Assembly (NCBI GenBank): GCA_028700325.1
Contig: JAQVSV010000001.1
Location: 28,085 to 92,084 of the forward strand
DNA length: 64,000 bases
Source: Elusimicrobiaceae bacterium
GTDB taxonomy: Bacteria > Elusimicrobiota > Elusimicrobia > Elusimicrobiales > Elusimicrobiaceae
Reading direction: 5' to 3'
The notes beneath the pieces were generated by a model that made no database searches, had not been told where the DNA came from, and saw only the letters and a list, made by a program, of their open reading frames with translations. The translations under genes were made by a program, and so were the position numbers. Positions 17,683 to 26,873 of this stretch are shown here, in pieces; positions within the stretch are counted from its first letter, which is position 1, and every line of letters begins with the position of its first letter.

Positions 17683-18903
17683 TTATTTTACGGCGGAGGG
17701 AACGACCGGCGCCTCTGTCACGACAGGCTTGGCGAAGCGGCTGTTCCAGCTGACTCTGAAGATGTCTTCAGCCGTGGCCGCGGCCGCCGCGCCTTTGAGA
17801 ATGATCGCCGCGTTCCGCGACTGGTAGAAATAGGCGCGTTCCCAGTTCGACGTGCTGACGAATGCCATTTCCCCGTCAACGGTGAAATATTTGCAGTGTT
17901 CCACCCGCGCGAATTCAATCTGTTCCTGCGAATAAGGGGCGATGGACGAAACCTTTATGCTGATGTTGGGCACTTTGGCGAGTTCCTTGATATCCCTGGC
18001 CGCGGTGGAATCGCGCATGGTCCAGTCAGCCACGATGAGTTGCACTTTAACGCCGCGGCCGGCTACCCGGGTCAGCAGATCGAACAGCACGCGCCAGCCG
18101 CCTTTGGCCTTGAACTGCATCACCTGTATTTTGACCGATTTCCGGGCGTTTTCAATATAGCTGGTGAGCTCGGCAATTTCCGAGTCCAGTCCGCCCGGCG
18201 TGAAAGATGCGGGGCTGAAAGCCGGATAAACCGCAACCGAACCGCCGTTGTAGGACACCGTGACGGCATTCGCGCTGGTTATCGGATGCTTGGCTACCGG
18301 CAGCGGAGCGGGGATGGCCCCGGTCTGGGAGATTGCCCAGTCAGAATTGAACACGTCGGTGAAATTGGCCGCTATTTCGGGGATGCTCAGCCGCACTCCC
18401 AGCTCGTGGATCTGCTCCAGCGAGCGCCAGTCGAAATTCTGGCTGCCGACATACAGATCTTTCCCGTCCACTATGAAGTATTTGGCGTGCATCACCCCGC
18501 CGCTGAGTTTGCTTATGTTGATTATGCGCAGTTCCACGCCGGGAACTTTTTTCAGTTCGTTGGGGGTTTCGGGCATTTTGTAATAAAAAACGCTGTCAAT
18601 GAGGATCCGTACCCTGACGCCGCGTGCGGCGGCCGCTTTTATGGCGTCCACCACATTGGCCATGGCCGAACCCGGCCGGCTTACTATATAAAATTCCCCT
18701 ATATCAAGCGTCTTGGAGGCGGAATTTATCATGTTTACCCATACCTGCGGCGCCCGGGCGGTAAGTGAGGAGCCGTAATCGGTTTCCAGTGGAATGCTTT
18801 CGGCAAAAACGACGGGTGAAGCTTCCGCGAACCGGGCCTGGCACATAGTCAGGACGAGCAGCAGAGCTAGTGTTAGTTTTTTCATAACGTTTTCAATCTC
18901 CAT
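17683..18903 (-). CDS. secreted phospholipase D-family (two HKD motifs) protein
   Basis: Signal peptide MKKLTLALLLVLTMCQARFAEA. HKD motifs HAKYFIVDGKDLYVGSQNFD and HCKYFTVDGEMAFVSTSNWE. ATG 18885 is an alternative start. Confidence 0.8.
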   Translation of the reverse strand: MEIENVMKKLTLALLLVLTMCQARFAEASPVVFAESIPLETDYGSSLTARAPQVWVNMINSASKTLDIGEFYIVSRPGSAMANVVDAIKAAAARGVRVRILIDSVFYYKMPETPNELKKVPGVELRIINISKLSGGVMHAKYFIVDGKDLYVGSQNFDWRSLEQIHELGVRLSIPEIAANFTDVFNSDWAISQTGAIPAPLPVAKHPITSANAVTVSYNGGSVAVYPAFSPASFTPGGLDSEIAELTSYIENARKSVKIQVMQFKAKGGWRVLFDLLTRVAGRGVKVQLIVADWTMRDSTAARDIKELAKVPNISIKVSSIAPYSQEQIEFARVEHCKYFTVDGEMAFVSTSNWERAYFYQSRNAAIILKGAAAAATAEDIFRVSWNSRFAKPVVTEAPVVPSAVK

Positions 18904-19099
18904 TTAATTGCGGCAAACCCGCGTGGTGCCGGGATCGGGAACCTTCGCATCGCACGGCTGTTTATGGCCACAACTGCCAGCCATTACCGAACCGCGTGAA
19001 CCAGCTCGTAAACGGGCACAATCGCTGTTTCCGGTGCGACGGCGTTTTCGACGTTTTCTGAAACTAGTATAGCATACTGGCTGCCCTTTGTAAGGGGTA

Positions 19100-19125
19100 A
19101 AGGGCCTATTTGAAAATAGGCCCTT
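19100..19125. promoter_or_regulatory. perfect 12+12 inverted repeat in a divergent promoter region (candidate operator)
   Basis: AAGGGCCTATTT-GA-AAATAGGCCCTT lies 57 nt upstream of the metF ATG. Both flanking genes point away from it, so a terminator role is unlikely. Confidence 0.35.
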
Positions 19126-19181
19126 GCGGTTGTTCCCGCTCAACTCGGCCCGGCCTGCAATTATGATAAACTCTTGTTCAA

Positions 19182-20060
19182 ATGAAAATAGCCGAACTGC
19201 TGAAAACGCGAAAAACGTTCTCGTTCGAGTTTTTTCCGCCCAGGACGCCGGAAACCACCCGTCATCTGTTCGACGCGCTGGAGCTGTTGCGGGAACTCCG
19301 GCCGGACTTTGTGTCCGTAACGCATTCGCCGTCCGGGTTCGGCACTCTGAAGACGGCGGCGCTGGCCAAGCTGATACGGGACCGGTTTGATCTTAACCCG
19401 ATGGCGCATCTGGCCTGTATTACCCATACCCGTGCCGAGATAGAAGGCATTGTGCGCGAGCTTGACCGCATCGGCATAGATAACATTCTGGCGCTGCGCG
19501 GTGATTATCCGCCCGGCTACGCCGGCTCATCGGCCGATCCCCGCGGCTATAAGCACGCACACGAGCTGGTGGCGCAGTTGCGGCAAATCTCGTCAGCGTG
19601 TATCGGAGTGGCGGGGTATCCCCAGAAGCATCCCCAGGCGGCTACGCTTGAGCAGGATATAAAACATCTCGGGCGGAAAGTCGCCTGCGGCGCGGATTTC
19701 ATAATAACACAGCTGTTTTTTATCAACGCCGATTACTTCAGTTTCGTGGAGCAATGCCGGTCGGCGGGTATTACTGTGCCCATAATACCCGGCATTATGC
19801 CCGTAACCGGCTACAGCCAGCTGGAAAAGTTTTCGGAAATGTGCGGCGCTGCCATTCCGGCTGTTTTGCGCACACGGCTTGAGCCTGTTAAAAACGACGA
19901 CGCGGCTGTTGCCGCCCGCGGAGTGGATTTTGCCTCGGAGCAGTGCCGTCAATTGCTGGAAAACGGCGCGCCGGGCATACATTTCTATACGCTTAACAAA
20001 TCACGCGCCGCGCTCGCCATTCTGAAAAAACTTAAAGACACCGGCCTTATTTCCAATTGA
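19182..20060 (+). CDS. metF: methylenetetrahydrofolate reductase
   Basis: FSFEFFPPRTPE start block. ALRGD, AGYPQKHP and ITQLFF motifs are typical of MetF. 292 aa. Confidence 0.9.
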   Translation: MKIAELLKTRKTFSFEFFPPRTPETTRHLFDALELLRELRPDFVSVTHSPSGFGTLKTAALAKLIRDRFDLNPMAHLACITHTRAEIEGIVRELDRIGIDNILALRGDYPPGYAGSSADPRGYKHAHELVAQLRQISSACIGVAGYPQKHPQAATLEQDIKHLGRKVACGADFIITQLFFINADYFSFVEQCRSAGITVPIIPGIMPVTGYSQLEKFSEMCGAAIPAVLRTRLEPVKNDDAAVAARGVDFASEQCRQLLENGAPGIHFYTLNKSRAALAILKKLKDTGLISN

Positions 20061-20302
20061 TATCCGGTTAGTGCGGGGTTAAATGATATTAGCTTGGTTG
20101 CCGATGCTATTCGATTCTGGTTATCATTTGGTAATCGCTTATTCGGACGTATAGTGTAAAACTCGAATTGCTCGGTTGCGGATGTTTGGAAAAAGGTTAT
20201 TATGAGGGTTGTTGTAAAATGGTTATCTTTGTATTTTTTGCTTAATATTTAATATGCAAAATGCATTAAACTTATAATTGTTTTTAATTGCGAAAAAAGG
20301 GA

Positions 20303-20331
20303 TTGACAAAACGGAGTAATACTGGTAAGAT
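20303..20331 (+). promoter_or_regulatory. strong sigma70-like promoter candidate with A/T-rich upstream (UP-like) region
   Basis: TTGACA (20303-20308), 17-nt spacer, TAAGAT (20326-20331). The ~240 nt upstream is about one third G+C by my count, against a G+C-rich genome. Confidence 0.5.
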
Positions 20332-20337
20332 AATTAT

Positions 20338-20650
20338 ACCGTTATAGTATTAACGAATTGCCGTGAAATGAGAAATACAGTTGTGGCCTGCGTTAACGGC
20401 GGAAATCAGCGTGCATGACAGCGAATGCGCCGGCCTGACAGTACTGATCATATCCAAAAAGCAAAGACATCTCGCACCGCAGCGGTTAACGGTTTTTATC
20501 GAGATACTATAACGGTTCGTTTTGCAACAGTAGCCGCGCAAGCGGCTATCTGTCGCCCGAGCCCCCGGTCCTCTCCTCCCCCTCACACTACCGGGGGTTC
20601 ACTTTATAAGAACGCTCCCCCGTAAACAGGGGAGCGTTCTTATTTGCGCT
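20338..20650 (+). ncRNA. candidate structured ncRNA (~310 nt; 6S-like rod plus C-rich-loop hairpin; class unknown)
   Basis: It is bounded by the promoter above and the terminator at 20609-20641. No credible ORF is present. A 12-bp closing helix pairs CCGTTATAGTAT (20339-20350) with ATACTATAACGG (20504-20515). Nested helices and a GNRA hairpin AGCCGC-GCAA-GCGGCT are also present. Confidence 0.45.
20609..20641 (+). terminator. rho-independent terminator
   Basis: AAGAACGCTCCCC-CGTAAACA-GGGGAGCGTTCTT is followed by ATTTGCGCTTT. Confidence 0.65.
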
Positions 20651-20956
20651 TTACGGATGAAGCGGCAGGCACTGCCATCCGTTTCACGGTGTGCGGCGGT
20701 TTTAATGTTTTGACGGCGGCTTTTCAGGCGGAGATATCAGGTATGGCGGGTGGATGGCCTTCGGGCCGAAAGGCTGTCCGCGCGTAATATTTCAGAGGCT
20801 GGTTTTGGCTGCTTCTAGGTGAGGGCTGCGCCGCTATGCCGGCCCCCCGTCCGTCATGCGGAAAAAACGGCGGATTTGCGGCGGGTGAAGGCGATTGTAT
20901 GCTCCGGAAAATTCCCGCTCTCAAGACGGGGGGAGGCGGCGCGGATGCCGGGCGGT

Positions 20957-22198
20957 TCAGTGTTTCAGCTTAAGCGCCGCGACGGTTTCAACGTGTTCCG
21001 TATGGGGAAACAGGTCGAACGCTTCCAGTCGCGTTGTTTCATATGCCGCCGCCAGTTCCGCCAGATCGCGTGCCAACGCCTTGGCGTTGCACGATATATA
21101 AATCATGTTTTCCGGACGTATGGCGAGCAGTTGTTTAAGGGCTTTGGGGTGCAGGCCTGCGCGCGGGGGATCAATCAGAAACACGCTGTCATGCGCGAAC
21201 GCCGTGCCGGATTTCACCTGTTCCGTCAGCCAGTCTTCGGTTCTGGCGCAGACAAACCTGACATTGGCGATCGAGTTGAGGGCGGCGTTTTCACGGCCGT
21301 CGCGCACCGCGTCGGGCACGAATTCAACGGAAACTATCTCGCGAACCCTGTCGTGGCAGGCGAACCCCAGCCCGCCGGCGCCGCCGTACAGATCGTAGAG
21401 CGTGCCGCAGTTCAGTTCCGCCACCAGTTCCCGGATCCGGCTGTACAGCCGCTCCGCCGCGCGGGTGTTGGTCTGCAAAAACGAGCGCGGCGTGATTTTA
21501 AACGAAAGCGTCAGTTCGGGCGCGCCCTCCGGGCCGATAAAAAATTTTTCCGCTATATATTCCGGCCCGCAGAGGTGCGTTATGGAGTCCGCCTGTGCGG
21601 TATCGGCCGCGGCGTCGGTTTCGCCGTATAAAACCGCCGCGTCAGCCCAGACCGACCGCACCGCGTTCACAAAGCCCTCTTTGTCAAACCCGCCGCTTTT
21701 CAAAAACAGCACCGCCATTTTTCCACCGGTGTTTTTTGCCTGGCGCACCAGCAGGTGCCGCAGCATGCCGGTGTGAGTCTTCGCGTCGAGATAGGGGGTC
21801 TGCGTGGCCTGCGCCCACCGGCGCACGGCGGAGAGCAGCGCGCCGGAATCGGGCGAGGAGATGAGGCATTCGGTCAGGTCGAAAGCGCGGTCCCAGCGGC
21901 CTTTTTCTTTCATGCCGAACCGGTCTTCGAAATATTTTGGGCTGTCGGGCGTGGTTTTGAGGCGGTCTATCTGGCGGCTGAACGAAAACTCCATCTTGTT
22001 GCGGTAATACAGGATATCGGGCGACGGGGTTATCGGAATCTCGTGCGGCCAGAACCGGCCCAGCAAGCCGGCCAGCGCCCGGATTTTCAGCGTCAGCTGG
22101 CGCTGATACGGCACGTCCTGGCAGGCGCAGCCGCCGCAGACCTTGTAATGAGCGCAGAGCCTGGCCATTTCGCATGGCGGAATCGCCGCGTCACACAT
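20957..22198 (-). CDS. RumA/RlmD-type RNA (uracil-5-)-methyltransferase
   Basis: I place the start at ATG 22198 (MCDAAIPP..). Cys cluster C..CGGCACQ. SAM motif LYDLYGGAGGLG. C-terminal DLFPHTEHVE. The start overlaps the ychF stop (ATGTGTGA). The longer ORF to 22303 is rejected. Confidence 0.78.
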   Translation of the reverse strand: MCDAAIPPCEMARLCAHYKVCGGCACQDVPYQRQLTLKIRALAGLLGRFWPHEIPITPSPDILYYRNKMEFSFSRQIDRLKTTPDSPKYFEDRFGMKEKGRWDRAFDLTECLISSPDSGALLSAVRRWAQATQTPYLDAKTHTGMLRHLLVRQAKNTGGKMAVLFLKSGGFDKEGFVNAVRSVWADAAVLYGETDAAADTAQADSITHLCGPEYIAEKFFIGPEGAPELTLSFKITPRSFLQTNTRAAERLYSRIRELVAELNCGTLYDLYGGAGGLGFACHDRVREIVSVEFVPDAVRDGRENAALNSIANVRFVCARTEDWLTEQVKSGTAFAHDSVFLIDPPRAGLHPKALKQLLAIRPENMIYISCNAKALARDLAELAAAYETTRLEAFDLFPHTEHVETVAALKLKH

Positions 22199-23264
22199 TG
22201 AAGCGGAAGAAGCAGATATCGCCGTCGCGGATGATGTAGTCTTTGCCTTCGGATCGGACAAGCCCTTTTTCCTTGAGGATTTTTTCGTCCCTGTATTTTT
22301 CAATATCCTCGAACGAATAGACTTCCGCGCGGATGAACCCGCGTTCTATATCGGTATGGATTTTGCCCGCCGCTTTCGGAGCCGGGGTGCTGACCGGGAT
22401 GATCCACGCGCGCACTTCGTCTTCCGAGCCGGCGGTGAAAAACTCCATCAGCCCCATCAGCCGTTTGGCTTCGATGACAATGCGTTCAAGCCCCGTGTAT
22501 TCGCTTCCTATTTCGGACAGAAACACCGCTTTTTCTTCCGGCGTGAAATCCGAAATTTCCGCTTCCAGCCTGATGCACAGGTCAAGGAACCCCGCATTGC
22601 GGGATTTGGCGAACGCGGACATTTTTTCAAGCAGCGCGGCGTCTTTCTTCTCCGCGGTGTTGCCGACGTAAAGCACCGGCTTGGCGGTCAGCAGGAAAAG
22701 ATCCTTGAGTTCGCCTTCGCCGAACGACAGCGCCGATGCGGGGTTTCCGGCGGCCAGGCAGTCGCGTATCCTGGTGTAAACCGCCTGCCGGGCCAGCGCC
22801 TGCTTGTTGCCGCTTTTAACCGGGCCGGTATTGCGTTCGATGAGGCGTTCAATCATTTCCAGATCGGCCAGCATCAGCTCGGTTTCGATGATCTCCACGT
22901 CGCGCATGGGGTCTATCCCGCCCATGACGTGCACCACGTCCCCGTCTTCGAATAGACGAACCACATGGATGACCGCGTCCACCTCGCGGATGTTGGCGAG
23001 GAATTTGTTGCCAAGGCCTTCGCCTTTGCTCGCGCCTTTGACCAGGCCCGCTATGTCCACAAATTCGATTGCGGCGTTGACTTTTTTGGGCGGCCTGAAG
23101 ATATCGAACAGGCGGTCGAGCCGTTTGTCCGGCACGGGCACGATGCCCACATTGGGGTCAATGGTCGTAAAAGGGTAGTTGCAGGCCTGCGCGCCGGCGT
23201 TTGTAAGCGCGTTGAACAGCGAGGATTTGCCTACGTTGGGAAGTCCGATAATGCCTATTTTCAT
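22191..23264 (-). CDS. ychF: redox-regulated ATPase YchF
   Basis: [24 protein letters not shown]-like C-terminus ending [12 protein letters not shown]. 357 aa. Confidence 0.92.
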   Translation of the reverse strand: MKIGIIGLPNVGKSSLFNALTNAGAQACNYPFTTIDPNVGIVPVPDKRLDRLFDIFRPPKKVNAAIEFVDIAGLVKGASKGEGLGNKFLANIREVDAVIHVVRLFEDGDVVHVMGGIDPMRDVEIIETELMLADLEMIERLIERNTGPVKSGNKQALARQAVYTRIRDCLAAGNPASALSFGEGELKDLFLLTAKPVLYVGNTAEKKDAALLEKMSAFAKSRNAGFLDLCIRLEAEISDFTPEEKAVFLSEIGSEYTGLERIVIEAKRLMGLMEFFTAGSEDEVRAWIIPVSTPAPKAAGKIHTDIERGFIRAEVYSFEDIEKYRDEKILKEKGLVRSEGKDYIIRDGDICFFRFNV

Positions 23265-23320
23265 AAGAGTCTGTTCACCGTGTTTATGATTGGGGGCAAA
23301 AAAAACAGCCGCTCTTTGCC

Positions 23321-23394
23321 CGGCCCGTACGGGATTCGAACCCGTGGTCTCTGCCTTGAGAGGGCAGCGTCCTGGGCCGCTAGACGAACGGGCC
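23321..23394 (-). tRNA. tRNA-Glu (CUC), CCA not encoded
   Basis: Reverse complement: GGCCCGT-TC-GTCTAGCGGCCCAGGAC-G-CTGCC-CTCTCAA-GGCAG-AGAC-CACGGGTTCGAATCCCGT-ACGGGCC-G. It is very similar to canonical bacterial tRNA-Glu. Confidence 0.9.
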
Positions 23395-23492
23395 CGGCAA
23401 AAAGAAGCTGTTAGCAGATTATATCAAATTCCGCTTCTTTTGACCGCCTTTTTGCTTGTGGGCGCATTCAAGGCACTGGTGCAGCAAAACCG

Positions 23493-23990
23493 TTAAACAC
23501 TTCTGTTGGTGTATAAACCCCCGGACATTTCCGGGGCCGATTGTTTAGCCGCTGCTCGATTCTTCCGATTTTCCGCTTCCTGTATCTTGGCGGAATCCGT
23601 TTTCTTTGGCAAAAACCGCCGTATCAAACCGTTCGTATTTTCTACCGTTCCTTTCTCCCAGCTGTGGTACGCCTCACAAAAATATGACCGCGTTCCGAGT
23701 TCCCGGTTCAGCTTATTGTGTTCATGGTTTTCTGAACCGTTGTCGTATGTTATGCTTCGCCTGAAGTGCGCCGGGCGCTCCCCAGGCGTGGCGCTTGGTG
23801 CCGCGCGAAGATTAATTTCTGTTCATCTGCTCCTGCGTTTGATGGTAATGGCAAGGGTGTGTTTCGAGTGGCCGGGCGGCTCGGCTGCGGTCAGCCCGGA
23901 TCAGGCAAATGCTCCGTTGCGGTGATATTGGTCACATTACGGATACACTCCCTGACGGGACTGGCGGCCCGTATCCTCGCACTGTATTGC
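23493..23990 (-). pseudogene. decayed IS30-family transposase remnant (C-terminal DDE region; no start codon; internal stop)
   Basis: My minus-strand translation gives ..ERPAHFRRSITYDNGSENHEHNKLNRELGTRSYFCEAYHSWEKGTVENTNGLIRRFLPKKTDSAKI.., ending at a TAA at 23493-23495. This matches the IS30 signature (ITFDNG.EF...YF..PY.SWQRGT.ENTNGLLRQY.PKGTD). A TGA interrupts the frame upstream, near 23825. The upstream limit is approximate. Confidence 0.6.
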
Positions 23991-24071
23991 ATTTGCATCA
24001 GTTAAGGGTTACAATGTAGCGACATTCGGGTTATAGCAAGCAGAGTTAATTTCGGCGGCTCAGGGGAAGCT

Positions 24072-25616
24072 ATGCGCATGCGAGAAAAGAAATTTTTTCG
24101 TTTTCCTTTATTTATTTTCTTTTCATTTTTAGCAATATTTGCGGTTGAAACACGGGCGGCGGAAGTGCAGCCGCTGAGCGGGCGCGTAGAAATGCGGCTT
24201 GCCGGCGGAACCGGCTGGAGCCGGGTTTCCGGCCTCACCACCGTGGAAAGCGGTTCATATGTGCGCACCGGGTTCCGTTCCAAAGCGAAAATCTCCTGGA
24301 GTGACGGTTCCGTAGTGGAACTGGGTCCCAATTCCAATTATCAGCTTCATCTGGACGACAGTGCCACCGGCCTGAGCATGACACTGCTGGCCGGAAAACT
24401 CAAAGCCGCCGTGGGCAGACTCAGAGGGCGCAAGTTTGAGGTCGGCACCACCAACGCGGTTTGCGCCGTGCGCGGAACCGAGTTTGAAGTGCAGGTGCAC
24501 AATAACAATACCAGCGTGGTTCTTTACACGGGCAGTCTGGCCGTGTCGGACAATTTCGGCAACCAGCGGCTGCTGGAGCCGGGTTATTCCGTTGATGTCG
24601 GCCCCAACGGCATGGGCGACCTGAAAAACCCCGCGAAACGGAACCAGGAACGCAGGGAAAGCATTAAGCAGAACCTTAAACGGGAAGTGGGCCTGAATAT
24701 GAACAAGGAGCAGGTTCTGTCGGCCGCGGCGGACGAAATCCGGCTGGCCGAATACCAGCAGGGCAAGGTGATGGTTGATGTAAGCGGCCAGCGGGTGCGG
24801 CTGGAGCAGTATATAATGCGGCCCGCTCCGAACCAGTTCAAGCTGGTTTCTCTTAACGACCGGCCGGGCCGGTTTGATTATTTCTATTATCTGGGCACTT
24901 TCAATACCAATCTGCCGGCGGATTTGAGCGTGGCGCTTGGCCAGCTGGGCGGGTGCGTCGGTTCCGCCTGCCAGTACAACATGACGGGTTATGAGGTCGG
25001 CCGGTCCAATACGACTGACACGGTGCTGGAAACCGCTTCCGGCGGGCATATGGTGGATGTCAACGCCAACGCCGATTCATCCGACGACGTGACTTCCTAT
25101 TTCGACGGTACGCTCAACACTTATGTGCTGCTGAACGCCGGCGACGCGTTTTTCAAGACCTTTTACGACGCCTATTCCATAAAATATAACGATATCACCT
25201 TTCTGTCGTGGTCGCCGGTGTCGGGCGCGGGCACGGTGAGCTCGTACCTTACCGGGGTCGCCAACGGCGTGAACAAGTATTACATAACGGACGGCGGTTC
25301 GCTGGGCTCCGCCAACGGCGGCGCGCCCGTTTTGAATGCGGATCTGCATCCCGACGGCGATCTGATGCATGACAAGCTGAAACTCACCTACGGCACCGGC
25401 GAATACTGGGAGCAGTATGACAATTATCTGGTGGATGACCGCGGGAAAGTGGCCACGCTGTCGGATTTCGAGGGCCTGCGCGGCGGCAACGAATACACCC
25501 AGAACATGCTCAAATGGAATTTCGAGCAGGTGGTGACCTGCAATCTGTTCGAGGGCCGGAAAATTGATCTTGTGATCGAGCCGAAAACGCTCATTCAGTC
25601 CAATTTGCTGCAATAA
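24072..25616 (+). CDS. secreted FecR-domain protein
   Basis: Signal/anchor FFRFPLFIFFSFLAIFAVETRA. The FecR-like block is GRVEMRLAGGTGWSRV..VESGSYVRTGFRSKAKISWSDGSVVELGPNSNY...FEVGTTNAVCAVRGTEFEV. Confidence 0.68.
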   Translation: MRMREKKFFRFPLFIFFSFLAIFAVETRAAEVQPLSGRVEMRLAGGTGWSRVSGLTTVESGSYVRTGFRSKAKISWSDGSVVELGPNSNYQLHLDDSATGLSMTLLAGKLKAAVGRLRGRKFEVGTTNAVCAVRGTEFEVQVHNNNTSVVLYTGSLAVSDNFGNQRLLEPGYSVDVGPNGMGDLKNPAKRNQERRESIKQNLKREVGLNMNKEQVLSAAADEIRLAEYQQGKVMVDVSGQRVRLEQYIMRPAPNQFKLVSLNDRPGRFDYFYYLGTFNTNLPADLSVALGQLGGCVGSACQYNMTGYEVGRSNTTDTVLETASGGHMVDVNANADSSDDVTSYFDGTLNTYVLLNAGDAFFKTFYDAYSIKYNDITFLSWSPVSGAGTVSSYLTGVANGVNKYYITDGGSLGSANGGAPVLNADLHPDGDLMHDKLKLTYGTGEYWEQYDNYLVDDRGKVATLSDFEGLRGGNEYTQNMLKWNFEQVVTCNLFEGRKIDLVIEPKTLIQSNLLQ

Positions 25617-25649
25617 GCCCGCTCTGCGGGCGTAACAGGGAGAGTTTTG

Positions 25650-26873
25650 ATGATATTCAAAGCTGCGAAAAAGGCGTTGTTTGTATTGACAGGCTGTATG
25701 TGCGTTGCTTCGCCCGCTTTTGCGGAGGCGGTGCCTTATTTCAGCGCGGATGTGCTTGGCGGACAGTATTTTTACGACGGCAACAGCGGTTCTCTTTCGG
25801 CCAACGCCGACGTGACCGCTTCCGTAGGGCTGGACGCCGGGAGCTGGTTCCTTACGCCGATTTACGAGGGGCGCTATCAGAGCACCCAGCAGGTTTATGA
25901 TATCGTGGGCGGCGGCACGATGTTTAACCAGATGATGAGCCATCGGCTGTCGCTTTCCGCGATTTATGAGTTCGCTTATGGCTGGACGGTCAAGCCGGAA
26001 GCCGGCTACAAGATTTATTATCTGAACGAAACGCGCGACGAAAAATGGGGGACCGGGCTTTTTGATTACCGCCGCACGAACACCGCCGTAACGGTGGAGC
26101 ATATTTACGCGGATCCGTTTTCCGTGCGGTTCGAGGCTGATCTGTACTGGCTGAAATTCCCGAATTACACCTCGCTTGAATCGCAGGTCGGCGGCGATAT
26201 GGCGCGGGAGCTGGCCGGCAAGGATGTGATTAATTCCAGCAATCTGGCGTTTACCGCCAGCATCAACGGCCGCCTGAACATGTTTTTGTGGGATGCGGCG
26301 CTGGGCTACACCAGGCAGTCGTTCGGCAGCCAGCATGTGGTCAACGAGCTGGGCCTTTTTGACAGCGCGACACGCAACGACAATCTTGTTTCCGGGCGGG
26401 CCACGCTGAAATATCCGGTGAAACTTTCGCCTTCCTCGATTGTCATTCCGGGGCTCAGCCTGACCTGTGCGCATAACGGTTCCAACCAGAACAGCTATGA
26501 CGCCACCAGCGCGAAGTTTGTGCCGGAGTTTTATAATTACTCGAAAGCGCGCGTCGGCGCCGACGCGGAGTACCGGCGGCTGGTGCCGGAGTATAAAAAC
26601 AAGTATCTGGCGGTTGATTTCGGTTTGTCTTACGGACGGACCAGCTATCCTTCAAGGCCGGTGCAGAATTCCGCCGGGGCGTACGGTACGGACAATATTT
26701 ATCTCAACGAGTATGTGTGGCGACTGTCGGGCTCGTACCCCGTGTCACAGAAAGTTGATGTCGTGGCCAGCGTCATGTACGGCAACCAGACCTCCAACAT
26801 GAGCTATGAGAAACTATATGTTTACAATTTCAACATTTTCACCTATCTGGCCGGAGTGAAATATGAATTCTGA
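25650..26873 (+). CDS. outer-membrane beta-barrel protein (orphan family)
   Basis: Signal peptide MIFKAAKKALFVLTGCMCVASPAFA. Alternating-hydrophobicity strands rich in Y/G/S/N. The C-terminal YLAGVKYEF ends in Phe, an OMP sorting signature. A TTG at 25647 is an alternative start. Confidence 0.55.
   Translation: MIFKAAKKALFVLTGCMCVASPAFAEAVPYFSADVLGGQYFYDGNSGSLSANADVTASVGLDAGSWFLTPIYEGRYQSTQQVYDIVGGGTMFNQMMSHRLSLSAIYEFAYGWTVKPEAGYKIYYLNETRDEKWGTGLFDYRRTNTAVTVEHIYADPFSVRFEADLYWLKFPNYTSLESQVGGDMARELAGKDVINSSNLAFTASINGRLNMFLWDAALGYTRQSFGSQHVVNELGLFDSATRNDNLVSGRATLKYPVKLSPSSIVIPGLSLTCAHNGSNQNSYDATSAKFVPEFYNYSKARVGADAEYRRLVPEYKNKYLAVDFGLSYGRTSYPSRPVQNSAGAYGTDNIYLNEYVWRLSGSYPVSQKVDVVASVMYGNQTSNMSYEKLYVYNFNIFTYLAGVKYEF

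Noticed and set aside
17041-18768. Large ORFs antisense to well-supported genes: 17041-18768 (+, 575 aa), 60119-61972 (+, 617 aa), 55966-57078 (+), 25077-26474 (-), 49058-50140 (-), 13688-14824 (+), 1548-2453 (+), 45020-45958 (-), 53719-54651 (+), 62946-63866 (+), 8582-9565 (-), 51279-52142 (-).
   Set aside because: Each lies opposite a gene with clear family motifs (buk/PLD, glyA, accC, the OMP, ManC-like, M23, pncB, PorV-like, Spt-like, rsmI and others). Their translations are low-complexity and Arg/His/Gly-rich, as expected for GC-rich antisense frames.
20338-20515. Firm annotation of the 20338-20515 rod as 6S RNA (ssrS).
   Set aside because: Only the general shape (closing helix, large internal bubble, apical helices) fits. 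I cannot verify the 6S covariance model by eye, and the transcript appears to continue for another ~130 nt. It is kept as an unknown-class ncRNA candidate.
23506-23925. 139-aa plus-strand ORF in the tRNA-Glu / FecR intergenic region.
   Set aside because: It lies antisense to the IS30 transposase remnant, whose translation carries a clear family signature. The plus-strand product has no recognisable features.
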